Source: Verrucomicrobiota bacterium (GTDB lineage: Bacteria > Verrucomicrobiota > Verrucomicrobiia > Limisphaerales > CANJSG01). From it: 45,909 nucleotides of DNA. The translations under genes and the position numbers were made by a program. The notes below the pieces were generated by a model. That model ran no database searches. It was not told the DNA's origin and worked only from the letters and a program-made list of their open reading frames with translations. This document shows, in pieces, positions 7,387 through 15,931 of this stretch (positions within the stretch are counted from its first letter, which is position 1; each line of letters begins with the position of its first letter). Location of the stretch: assembly GCA_038209745.1 (NCBI GenBank), contig JBBQXJ010000035.1:1-45909 (forward strand). The letters run 5' to 3'.

Positions 7387-9129
7387 ATGACAACCAGAGT
7401 GATCCCAGCGTTTCTCGCCGCCGCGCTTTTGCTCCTGCTCGGGACGATCCCGGGGGCGGCCCGGTCGGTGGCCAACTTCAACCTCGTGGACCAGGACGAC
7501 CTGAACCACGAGCTGTATCGCGCGCCGGGGAAGGCGGTCGTTCTGTTCTTCACCGGCAACGGCTGCCCGGTCGCCCGCAAGAGCGCTCCCAAACTCAACG
7601 CGCTCAAGGAGAAGTTCGAAGGGAAGGGCGTCACGTTCTGGGTGGTCGACTCCTATGCCGGCGACACCACGGAGGAGATCCGCAAGGAACGGCGCGACAT
7701 CGGCCTCTGGGGCACCGTCTTCCTGGTCGATCGCAAGCAGGCGGTGGCCCTCGCGCTCGGCGTCGAACGAACCTCCGAGGTCGTCGCCATCAACACCAAG
7801 GACTGGAACATTTTCTATCGCGGCGCGATCGACGACCAATTGGCCGAAGGCGCCGAGAAACAGCAGGCGACCGAGAATTACCTCGACGACGCGTTGTCCG
7901 GCTTTCTGGATGGCAAGGAGATCACGACAAAATACACGCGACCGAAGGGTTGCCGGTTTTCCTTCGCCACCGTCGCGGGGCCTCTGGGCCTGCCGGACTA
8001 CGCGACGCAGATCGCCCCGCTGTTGAAAAAGAACTGCGTGGAATGCCACCGCAAGGACGGGATCGGCCCCTGGAGCATGAACAGCCATAAGCGCGTGGCG
8101 AACTACGCCGACATGATCGAGGAAGTCCTGCTGACCCGGCGCATGCCTCCGTGGGATCCGCATCCCGACTACGGCGTCTTTCTCACCCCGCACCAGCTCG
8201 ACCGCGAGGAAACGCAGACGCTTCTCACCTGGGTAAAAGGGGGAGCCCCTCGCGGGCTGGGTCCTGATCCGTTGGAAGAACCGTTGCCGCCTCTTCCGGA
8301 ATGGCGCCTGGGCAAGCCCGACACGATCCTGGCGTTGCCCGAGCCGCAGAAGGTTCCCGCCACCGGCATCGTGGACTACCGCTACGTCGAGATCGCCTCG
8401 CCGTTCACCAACGATGTCTGGCTGTCCGCCATGGACATCAAACCGGGCAACCCCAAGGTGGTCCACCATGTCATCCTCTACGTGAAATCGCCGGGGGAAT
8501 CCGACGATGACAGCGGCCACGGGAGGTTCTTCGTCGGTTGGGCCCCGGGCGCCAGCGCGCTGCACTATCCCGACGGCGTCGCCAAACGATTGCCCGCCCA
8601 TTCGAAGCTGACGCTGGAACTGCACTACACGACGTGCGGATCGGAGCAGGAGGACACCAGCGAAGTCGCGCTCTATCTGGCTTCGGGTCCGCAGGAGCGG
8701 AACGCCGAGACCCGCCAGGCCATCCAGCTCAATCTGGACATCCCGCCCGGCGAATCACAGGCCGGCCACATCGCCACCTATGCCTTCAAGAAGCCCGCCA
8801 CGATCTACGGCCTCTTTCCCCACATGCATTTCCGCGGAAAATGGATGCGCTACGAGCTGCTCCTGCCCAACGGGAAGCGGGAAACCATCCTCCACGTGCC
8901 GCGCTACGACTTCCAGTGGCAGCTGAGCTACTATCTGAAGGAACCACTCCATGTCCCGGCCGGCAGCTGGCTGTTGGTCTCCGGAGCGTTCGACAACTCG
9001 GCCGCCAATCCGGCGAACCCCAATCCGAACCGCCCGGTGGTCTTCGGCAAACAGTCCTGGGACGAGATGTTCATCGGCTTCTTCGAAGCGGCGGACGATC
9101 CGGAAATCGTGAAGACAGCGTCCCGGTAG
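7387..9129 (+). CDS. Exported redoxin-domain / heme c / copper type II monooxygenase-like protein
   Basis: Signal-like N-terminus from ATG 7387; FTGNGCPVA, YRGAIDDQ, GC redoxin motifs; CVECH heme motif; VVHHVIL, LELHY, FPHMHFRG and WDEMF motifs. Confidence 0.85.
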   Translation: MTTRVIPAFLAAALLLLLGTIPGAARSVANFNLVDQDDLNHELYRAPGKAVVLFFTGNGCPVARKSAPKLNALKEKFEGKGVTFWVVDSYAGDTTEEIRKERRDIGLWGTVFLVDRKQAVALALGVERTSEVVAINTKDWNIFYRGAIDDQLAEGAEKQQATENYLDDALSGFLDGKEITTKYTRPKGCRFSFATVAGPLGLPDYATQIAPLLKKNCVECHRKDGIGPWSMNSHKRVANYADMIEEVLLTRRMPPWDPHPDYGVFLTPHQLDREETQTLLTWVKGGAPRGLGPDPLEEPLPPLPEWRLGKPDTILALPEPQKVPATGIVDYRYVEIASPFTNDVWLSAMDIKPGNPKVVHHVILYVKSPGESDDDSGHGRFFVGWAPGASALHYPDGVAKRLPAHSKLTLELHYTTCGSEQEDTSEVALYLASGPQERNAETRQAIQLNLDIPPGESQAGHIATYAFKKPATIYGLFPHMHFRGKWMRYELLLPNGKRETILHVPRYDFQWQLSYYLKEPLHVPAGSWLLVSGAFDNSAANPANPNPNRPVVFGKQSWDEMFIGFFEAADDPEIVKTASR

Positions 9130-9204
9130 AGCGCGGAACAGTCGATTTTTCGTCCGCTTCAAATCGAGCGGGACAAGCCCGGTTCTTTCAGGCACGAAGA
9201 ACGC

Positions 9205-10710
9205 ATGACCCGCCTCCGTTCATTCTGCGCAGCACTCTTGCTTGTCGGTTCACTCCCGTTGGTCCACGCCGCAGATCTGTCCGCACTCCCACGAAGCACC
9301 CCGGAAGCGGAGGGCGTAGCGTCCGCCGCGATCCACGCGTTCGTCGATGCCGCCGATCAAGTGGACGCGATGAACAGCGTCATGATCGTGCGGCACGGAC
9401 ACGTCATCGCCGAGGGTTGGTGGAGGCCCTACGACGCCGCGAGCACCCACGAGCTGTATTCGCTGAGCAAGAGCTTCACCTCCACCGCCGTCGGGTTCGC
9501 CGTCGCCGAGGGGAAGCTGAGCGTGGACGACGAGGTCCTGAAGTTCTTTCCCGACGACGCCCCCGCCGAACCCAGCGCGAACCTAAAATCCATGCGGGTG
9601 CGCGATCTGCTCAGCATGTCCACCGGCCATCAGGACGAACCGTCCTCCGCAGCGGACAAGGTTTCGCCGAAAACGTTCCTCGCCCAGCCGGTGCCGCACA
9701 AGCCGGGCACCCACTTCAAATACAACACGGCCGCCACCTTCATGCTGTCGGCCATTGTGCAGAAGGTCACGGGGCAGACGGTCTTCGACTATCTCACGCC
9801 CCGGCTCTTCCAGCCGCTCGGCATCACCGGAGCCACGTGGGCCACGAATTTCCAGGGCATCGATCTTGGCGGCTACGGCCTGAAAGTCCGGACCGAGGAC
9901 ATCGCGAAGCTGGGCCAGCTCTACCTCGAGAAAGGCCAATGGCACGGCAAGCAGCTCCTGCCCGCAGCCTGGGTCGAAGCGGCGACCTCCAAACAGACCT
10001 CGAACGGCAGCAACCCGAAGAGCGATTGGGACCAAGGCTACGGCTACCAGTTCTGGCGCTGCCGGAACGGCGCCTATCGAGGCGACGGCGCCTTCGGCCA
10101 ATACTGCATCGTGCTGCCCGAACAGGACACCGTGGTGGCGATCACCAGCGGTGTGACGGACATGCAGGCGGTCTTGAACGTCGTCTGGGACAAGCTGCTG
10201 CCCGCCTTGCAGTCCGGCCCTCTGCCCGCGAATCCAACCGCGCACAAAGAGCTGGAAGAGACGCTGGCCCACTTGTCGGTCCGCACGCCGGACGGCGCAG
10301 CGGCCTCGCCCCTCGTGGCCAAGATCGCGAACAAAGTGTTCAAGTTTGCAGACAATGGACAAGGGCTCGAGGCGATCACGCTCGTGCCTAATTCAGCGGG
10401 CAGCGGGTTCGCGCTGGTGTCCCGTTCACGCGGGGTCGAAAGCCGGTTGGCCTGCGGCTTCCACGAATGGAAAAGGAGCCGCGGCGACTTCGGTTCGGGA
10501 TTGATGGGCCGCTACACCGACGAGCCGCTCGCCGCCAGCGCCGCTTGGCTTTCGGACGACACGCTCATCGTGAAGGTGTGCGCCGACGAGACGCCTTTCT
10601 ACGCCACCGTGCGGCTGCGCTTCGAGGGCGACAAATTGATCCATGACCGCGAAGTCAACGTTGGCTTCGGCGGTCCGAAACAGCCGCAGCTCGTCGGCCA
10701 AGCGGAGTGA
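9205..10710 (+). CDS. Serine hydrolase, beta-lactamase class C-like family
   Basis: Signal peptide; SLSKS (SxxK), DLLSMSTG, FKYNT, GYGYQFW, GDGAFGQY motifs. Confidence 0.9.
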   Translation: MTRLRSFCAALLLVGSLPLVHAADLSALPRSTPEAEGVASAAIHAFVDAADQVDAMNSVMIVRHGHVIAEGWWRPYDAASTHELYSLSKSFTSTAVGFAVAEGKLSVDDEVLKFFPDDAPAEPSANLKSMRVRDLLSMSTGHQDEPSSAADKVSPKTFLAQPVPHKPGTHFKYNTAATFMLSAIVQKVTGQTVFDYLTPRLFQPLGITGATWATNFQGIDLGGYGLKVRTEDIAKLGQLYLEKGQWHGKQLLPAAWVEAATSKQTSNGSNPKSDWDQGYGYQFWRCRNGAYRGDGAFGQYCIVLPEQDTVVAITSGVTDMQAVLNVVWDKLLPALQSGPLPANPTAHKELEETLAHLSVRTPDGAAASPLVAKIANKVFKFADNGQGLEAITLVPNSAGSGFALVSRSRGVESRLACGFHEWKRSRGDFGSGLMGRYTDEPLAASAAWLSDDTLIVKVCADETPFYATVRLRFEGDKLIHDREVNVGFGGPKQPQLVGQAE

Positions 10711-10719
10711 GCGGATGGT

Positions 10720-11544
10720 TCAATCAGCGAGCCTGAACCTAACGGGCACTTCGACGTCGGACTCCACCGGGTTCAAACCCGCCCGCGCCGGTTGGAACTC
10801 CCACGTTCGGACAGCAGTCAAAGCGGCTTCGTCGAGGATCTGTATTCCGGAGCTGTGCTTGAGTTCAACCCTAAGAGGACGCCCTTGGGCGCTGACTTTG
10901 ACATCCAGCAGAACCACCCCTTCCTGTCTTCTTCGCCGAGCCGCCGCTGGATAGGGCAGCTCCGGATTCTTCCGGTAGTCGGGCTCTGCCCGGAGACTGA
11001 ACATCGGCTTGGAGGATACGGCCTCCGTTCCGGGATTCGCAGAGCCATGCTGCTCTGGAACCGTTGTTGGCCCCGGCCCAGTGGCCGCTACAGCGGTCGA
11101 CTTCGCGGCGGCGGATGCTTCCGCCATCGGGGAAGGTCCAGCCGCTTCCAAGTTTTTGGCGCGGGGTGCGGAATCGCTCGGCTCCGCAAGTGGCTCCAGA
11201 GGCGTTGGCCCAGGCTTTTCGGTCGGCAATGGTTCCGTTGGGGGCCGGGGTTCAACCGGCGGTTGCACCGGCTCGGAGGCGGGTTCCTCCGGGGCTGTTG
11301 TCGCCGATGCCGTCTGTTGCAGCGCCTCCGAGGCCGACGGCTCGCGGGGCCCAACCTGGGTGTCCGGACGAGGATCGACGACCGTCTCCTCGGGGATCGT
11401 CACGAGTGTCAGTTCAATGGACTGCTCCCGATCACTGGACGGCAATTGAACGGCGCGAAGGCCCGTCCCGAACCACAGGACGGCTCCCGACACGGCGATG
11501 TGCACGCCCAGTGAGACGCCGACACTGAAGCGAAGCGGAGTCAC
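10720..11544 (-). CDS. tonB: Energy transducer TonB
   Basis: N-terminal TM with SLGVH (S-x3-H), Pro/Glu-rich linker, C-terminal YPAAARRRRQEGVVLL..SSG..LDEAALTAVRTWEFQPA..VPVRFRL. Confidence 0.92.
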   Translation of the reverse strand: MTPLRFSVGVSLGVHIAVSGAVLWFGTGLRAVQLPSSDREQSIELTLVTIPEETVVDPRPDTQVGPREPSASEALQQTASATTAPEEPASEPVQPPVEPRPPTEPLPTEKPGPTPLEPLAEPSDSAPRAKNLEAAGPSPMAEASAAAKSTAVAATGPGPTTVPEQHGSANPGTEAVSSKPMFSLRAEPDYRKNPELPYPAAARRRRQEGVVLLDVKVSAQGRPLRVELKHSSGIQILDEAALTAVRTWEFQPARAGLNPVESDVEVPVRFRLAD

Positions 11545-11559
11545 CTTGGCCTCCGTTCG

Positions 11560-14190
11560 TCAAAACCGCGCGGTCAATGCCAAGCGGGCCTGGATCGGCT
11601 CGACGGGATGGAAGTGGATCTGGGACTCGATCGGGTCGCCCGGTCGCACCCGCGACTCGTAGGCGTAGTCGATGTCGTGGTCGCGCCGGTTGAGGAGGTT
11701 GAAAACATCGGCGGTCAGCGTCCACGTCTTGTTGAGGCGGTAGCCGACCTGGGCACCGAGCAGGATGGTTTCGCCGGAGCGGACGCTGTTGTCCGCCACC
11801 AACGGGCGCGGGCCGAAGTAACGGAGGCGCAGGCTCCCGAAAAGACCCGAGTCGGCAGAGTAGCTGATTCCGGCGGCAACGACGCTCTCGATGGATCCCG
11901 GGATGTGGTCGCCGGCCGGATCCTCGCCGCGGAACTGCGCGTGCGACATCGAGTAGTCCAGGTCCAGGGAAAAATGCTTCGTGATGCTGTAGAAGTTGGC
12001 CCACTCGAAGCCGTAGCGCCGGCTGGGGCGGCCCGCTTCCGTGGTGCCCGCGTCGCCCGCGAAGACCAGCTCGGAATCGATGTCGAGCCACCAGACCGAG
12101 AGGGTGCTCTGGAGGGCGTCCACTGCGAGCGTGCGCACGCCGATTTCCGCTCCGTAGGTCCGGACGAGCGGATCGGCGCGCTGGATGGGATTGCCGGCCG
12201 CGTCCAGCGTGCTGCCGGTCACCGGATCCACCCTCGTGGTCGCACCGCGTCCGTCGTTGCTGTGGAAGCCGAGCCCGCCCTGGAGGTAGATCTCCGTCTT
12301 CGCCCACGGACCAAAGATCAGGCTGAGCTTGGGACTGGCGATGGCGGCGAGACGGTCACCCGAATTCTCGGTGCGGGTGCTTTGCACGTCGTAGCGGTAG
12401 AAGTCGCCGCGCAGGCCCGCGACGCTGCGAAGCTTCGTCGCCCATTGGATCCGGTTTTCGTAGTAGGGCCCCACGCTGGTCTGGAGGGTTTCGTCCTGTC
12501 GAACGGTCGCCGGGAGCGGGGATCCGTCGGATGCGTCGACCTTGTCCACGCGTTGCCGTCGGAAGGTGTTGAAGAGCCCGTTTTGGATGGCGTCGTTGCG
12601 GAACTGGAGTCCGAAGGTGTTCTCCACTTCGCGCTCGAACCAGGTGTTGTAGAGCGTGTGGCTGGCGATGAGTCCGGCGGCCCAGCGCATGTCGGTCTGT
12701 TCGAATTGATCGCCGCGATTGGTGTCGGTGAGGAAGTAGGTGAAGTCCGAGAAGAGATCGAGATCGTAGTAGAAGCCGTAGGCCATGACCTTGGTGGCGG
12801 ACGCCGGCCCTGCCCGGTTCCATTCGGCCTGGAGGCTGTATCGCTGGGAGTTGCCGCCGGTCGTGCCGTCGAGCGATCCGAAGAGCGGCACGAGTCCGGC
12901 GTCCACGGCACTGGCCGCGATTTGATCGCTCGAATCCCATTGACCGTGGTAGCCGCGGGCGGTGATGGAGAAACCGTTGGCCGAGTCCCCTTGGCTGTAG
13001 GTCAACACGCCGTTAAATTTCCGGTAGTTGTCCGAAGTCTCCCACGGACCATCGTAATGGTAGGCCTCCACTCCGTAGAGCAGGTTTCCTTGGCCGACTT
13101 TCGGCGAAGCGGCATAGACGGCGCGGCCGTAGCCATACATGCCGCCTTCGACAATCGCCAGGCTCTGCGGGAGCACGCTGAAAGATTCCAGATGTGCGGC
13201 CCCGGCCGACGCGAAGTCGCCGTTCTCCGCATAGTAGACGCCCTTCTGGTAGTTCACCCGCTGCACCAGTTCCGGGATGACGATGTTCAAGTCCGTGTAG
13301 CCCTGCCCGTGGCCGTGGGTCGGCAGGTTCACCGGCATGCCGTCGAGCGACGTGGCGAAGTCCGTGCCGTGGTCGAGATTGAATCCGCGCAGGAAATACT
13401 GGTTCGCCTTACCGCCGCCCGCGTGCTGCGTGATGATCACGCCGGGCACGGATTCCAGGATCTCCCCGACGCGGGCCGTCGGTCGGGCCTCCAATTGCTT
13501 CGCCCCGACAGTGCCCTGTGTGGCCGAATCCGCGATGCCGACGAGACTGTCCGCGCGGCCCTCCACCACGACCTCGGGCAGGCGCGTCGTCGTGTTCGTT
13601 CTGTTCTCCTTATTGGATGCGAGCGGATTCGTCTCCTGCTGGGCCAGCGCCGAACTTCCCATGCAACAGGCGATGGCCAATGCGGCTGCGCGCGCCACCA
13701 CCAGACCCGTCGCGTGCAGCAACAGGGTCGCAACCAAGAATCCGCAGCCGAAGGTCAGCAAGCTGACCGTTCCAGGCATCTCGGCTCCATGCGCGAAGCC
13801 GTGGAAGAACCCGAAAAAACCGACGACCGCCGAACCGATGAAGGCGTTCAACCGGACGCGCCTGGCCACGAGAAACACGAACACCACGACGGACAAGGAG
13901 ATCGCCAACTCGACGCCGGGCAGCCCGACTCCCATCGCGCCCGCCAACCCTCCCAGGCTCATCACGCCGACGAACGTCGTGGGGATGAGCCACAACGCCC
14001 TTCCCTTTTGCTGGGCCGCCCAGATACCCACCGCCAGCATCGCCAGCAGATGGTCCCAGCCGTGCAGCGGATGGCTGAACCCGTCCTGCCACCCGTTCAT
14101 CGAACCTCCCGCCGAATGGGCCTGGGCCAAGGTTGGAAAAAGGAAGAAGACCCCCAGCAGAACGAACATTTTTAGAAGGCTTGATTTCAT
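11560..14190 (-). CDS. HupE/UreJ-family Ni/Co permease fused to a TonB-dependent receptor
   Basis: Residues 25-165: GFSHPLHGWDHLLAM, FHGFAHGAE, LLH (HupE/UreJ). From residue 184: EVVVEG TonB-box-like, plug QHAGGGKANQYFLRGFNLDHGTD..HGHGQGY, barrel ending ..ARF. One open frame of 876 aa. Confidence 0.9.
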   Translation of the reverse strand: MKSSLLKMFVLLGVFFLFPTLAQAHSAGGSMNGWQDGFSHPLHGWDHLLAMLAVGIWAAQQKGRALWLIPTTFVGVMSLGGLAGAMGVGLPGVELAISLSVVVFVFLVARRVRLNAFIGSAVVGFFGFFHGFAHGAEMPGTVSLLTFGCGFLVATLLLHATGLVVARAAALAIACCMGSSALAQQETNPLASNKENRTNTTTRLPEVVVEGRADSLVGIADSATQGTVGAKQLEARPTARVGEILESVPGVIITQHAGGGKANQYFLRGFNLDHGTDFATSLDGMPVNLPTHGHGQGYTDLNIVIPELVQRVNYQKGVYYAENGDFASAGAAHLESFSVLPQSLAIVEGGMYGYGRAVYAASPKVGQGNLLYGVEAYHYDGPWETSDNYRKFNGVLTYSQGDSANGFSITARGYHGQWDSSDQIAASAVDAGLVPLFGSLDGTTGGNSQRYSLQAEWNRAGPASATKVMAYGFYYDLDLFSDFTYFLTDTNRGDQFEQTDMRWAAGLIASHTLYNTWFEREVENTFGLQFRNDAIQNGLFNTFRRQRVDKVDASDGSPLPATVRQDETLQTSVGPYYENRIQWATKLRSVAGLRGDFYRYDVQSTRTENSGDRLAAIASPKLSLIFGPWAKTEIYLQGGLGFHSNDGRGATTRVDPVTGSTLDAAGNPIQRADPLVRTYGAEIGVRTLAVDALQSTLSVWWLDIDSELVFAGDAGTTEAGRPSRRYGFEWANFYSITKHFSLDLDYSMSHAQFRGEDPAGDHIPGSIESVVAAGISYSADSGLFGSLRLRYFGPRPLVADNSVRSGETILLGAQVGYRLNKTWTLTADVFNLLNRRDHDIDYAYESRVRPGDPIESQIHFHPVEPIQARLALTARF

Positions 14191-14207
14191 GTCGATCTAA
14201 TCCCGCG

Positions 14208-14369
14208 GCGAACGCCGGTTGGCGTTCGCGGTTTCAGTTTTGAAGGCGGCAAAAGCCATCCGGTTGAACGCAGCCACGCGCTTTCGCCCGCCATCGCTGC
14301 CACAGGTGCCTCGACCTGATTTCTAGCCGGTCCGTGGATCACGGCAAACCGGTTCTTGAAATCATGTCG
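14208..14369 (-). promoter_or_regulatory. Structured 5' region upstream of the HupE-receptor gene
   Basis: Imperfect 58-nt hairpin 14312-14369 and perfect 9-bp hairpin 14208-14229; function not established. Confidence 0.4.
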
Positions 14370-14568
14370 CGCGAACCCTGCCGTTCATCGACTGGATACG
14401 CGTCGAACTAGCGTTCGGATGCATGGTCGGTCGGAAAACAATCCACAACGGCGAACGCCAGTTGCAGGCGCCTCGATTGTCTGCACGAAAACTGATCCGC
14501 AAGAATTGCCCTGACAGGGACTTTTTGAAGAATCGGCGATTCAGAATGCCGGCCTTCCCCGATTAGGG

Positions 14569-15918
14569 TCAGGTCGTCTCCAGCCCTCGCATCGTGCCGG
14601 TGGCCGAGGCGAATTTGTCCGCCTCGATCCCCATCCGCTGGAGCATGGAGACGAAGAGATTGGGCAGCGGGTAGTTGCGCTCCAGGTCGAAGCCGAGGTG
14701 CTGGCCGTGTTTGAATCCACCGCCGGCGAAGATCACCGGGAGGTTCGTGGTCACGTGGGTGTTGGCGTTCCCCAGGTTCGAGCCATACAGAATCATGGTG
14801 CGATCCAGCACCGTCGCGTCGCCTTCGCGGACGGCCTTCAACTCGGTGAACAGGTTTCCGAGCAGCTTCATGTGCCATTCGTCGATGGACTGGAGCTGCT
14901 CCAGCTTTTCCTTGGACCGTCCGTGGTGAGACAGGTTGTGGTAGCCATCGCTGGTCTTGTGTCCGTCGAACTCCAACGCGGGGGAATTGACGCTGTCGAG
15001 CAGCAGCGCGATCGAACGGGTGGAATCGGTCTCGAAGGCGAGCCGGGCAAGGTCATACATGAGGCGGACCTTCTCCATGTATTCGCGGGGGCTCTCGGGA
15101 TCGAGCGGGACGCTGGCGGAGACGACGGGCTTGGGCTTCCTCTCCCATTCGCGGGACATCTGCATGCGCTGCTCCAGCTCGCGGACGCTGGTGAAGTATT
15201 GATCCAGCCTCTCGCGGTCGTGGCTGCCGACCCGGCGCTGGAGGCTCTGGGCCTGGTCCGCGACCGCGTCGAGAATGCTCTGCCCGAGCTCGATCTTCCG
15301 GACCTGCTCGTCCATCTCCGTCGGCGAACCCTGGACGAACAGCCGACGGAACACGTCGGACGCCTTCTCTTCGCAGGGGATCAAGACTCCGGAACCGGTC
15401 CACGCGAGGCTGCGCATCCCCTGCTCGACGTTGACGCCGAGATTGAGCGACGGGAACCGCGTGAGATGGCCGATCCGCTCGCCAATGAACTGGTCGAGGG
15501 AGATCGTGTTCTTGAAACCGCCCCGGCCGGGATGCGGCGCGGCGGTGAGGAAGCAATTGTCCGCCGGATGGCCGCCGTCGACGTCGGGATGCGAGACGCC
15601 GCTGAAGACGGTGAATTCATCGCGGTGGTCCTTCAGCTGTTCAAGGTAGGGCGAGAGCGCGTAGTCGCGGCCGGTCGCCCGGGGAAAGAACATGTCGGGC
15701 ACGAGCCCGAGGTTGTTGCAGATGGCGAGCATCCGCCGAGGCGTGGCTCCCACGTCCGTCGGGTCCGAGTTTTTGGCGGCGGCGGCGAAGACCGGGAACA
15801 TCGAGTCCAACATCGGCAACGCCAGCGCGATGCCCGCACCCCGGAGGAAGTGGCGGCGCGAGATGCCGCGGCCCGTGGCGATGAACGCCGAGGAGTTCTG
15901 TGAGGTTTGGGATGTCAT
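14569..15918 (-). CDS. DUF1552-family protein
   Basis: [23 protein letters not shown]-terminus, [40 protein letters not shown] motifs; follows DUF1592 gene. Confidence 0.92.
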   Translation of the reverse strand: MTSQTSQNSSAFIATGRGISRRHFLRGAGIALALPMLDSMFPVFAAAAKNSDPTDVGATPRRMLAICNNLGLVPDMFFPRATGRDYALSPYLEQLKDHRDEFTVFSGVSHPDVDGGHPADNCFLTAAPHPGRGGFKNTISLDQFIGERIGHLTRFPSLNLGVNVEQGMRSLAWTGSGVLIPCEEKASDVFRRLFVQGSPTEMDEQVRKIELGQSILDAVADQAQSLQRRVGSHDRERLDQYFTSVRELEQRMQMSREWERKPKPVVSASVPLDPESPREYMEKVRLMYDLARLAFETDSTRSIALLLDSVNSPALEFDGHKTSDGYHNLSHHGRSKEKLEQLQSIDEWHMKLLGNLFTELKAVREGDATVLDRTMILYGSNLGNANTHVTTNLPVIFAGGGFKHGQHLGFDLERNYPLPNLFVSMLQRMGIEADKFASATGTMRGLETT

Positions 15919-15931
15919 GGAGCGGTTTCCT

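Noticed and set aside
6937..9129. 730-aa kinase-redoxin fusion from the ORF track
   Set aside because: The kinase part is a frameshifted relic; a signal peptide begins at ATG 7387.
14270..14390. Guanidine-I (ykkC), cobalamin or NiCo riboswitch
   Set aside because: Only loose fragments (CAGGGTTC, GGCGGGCGAAAGC) resemble ykkC; core consensus elements of all three are missing by eye.
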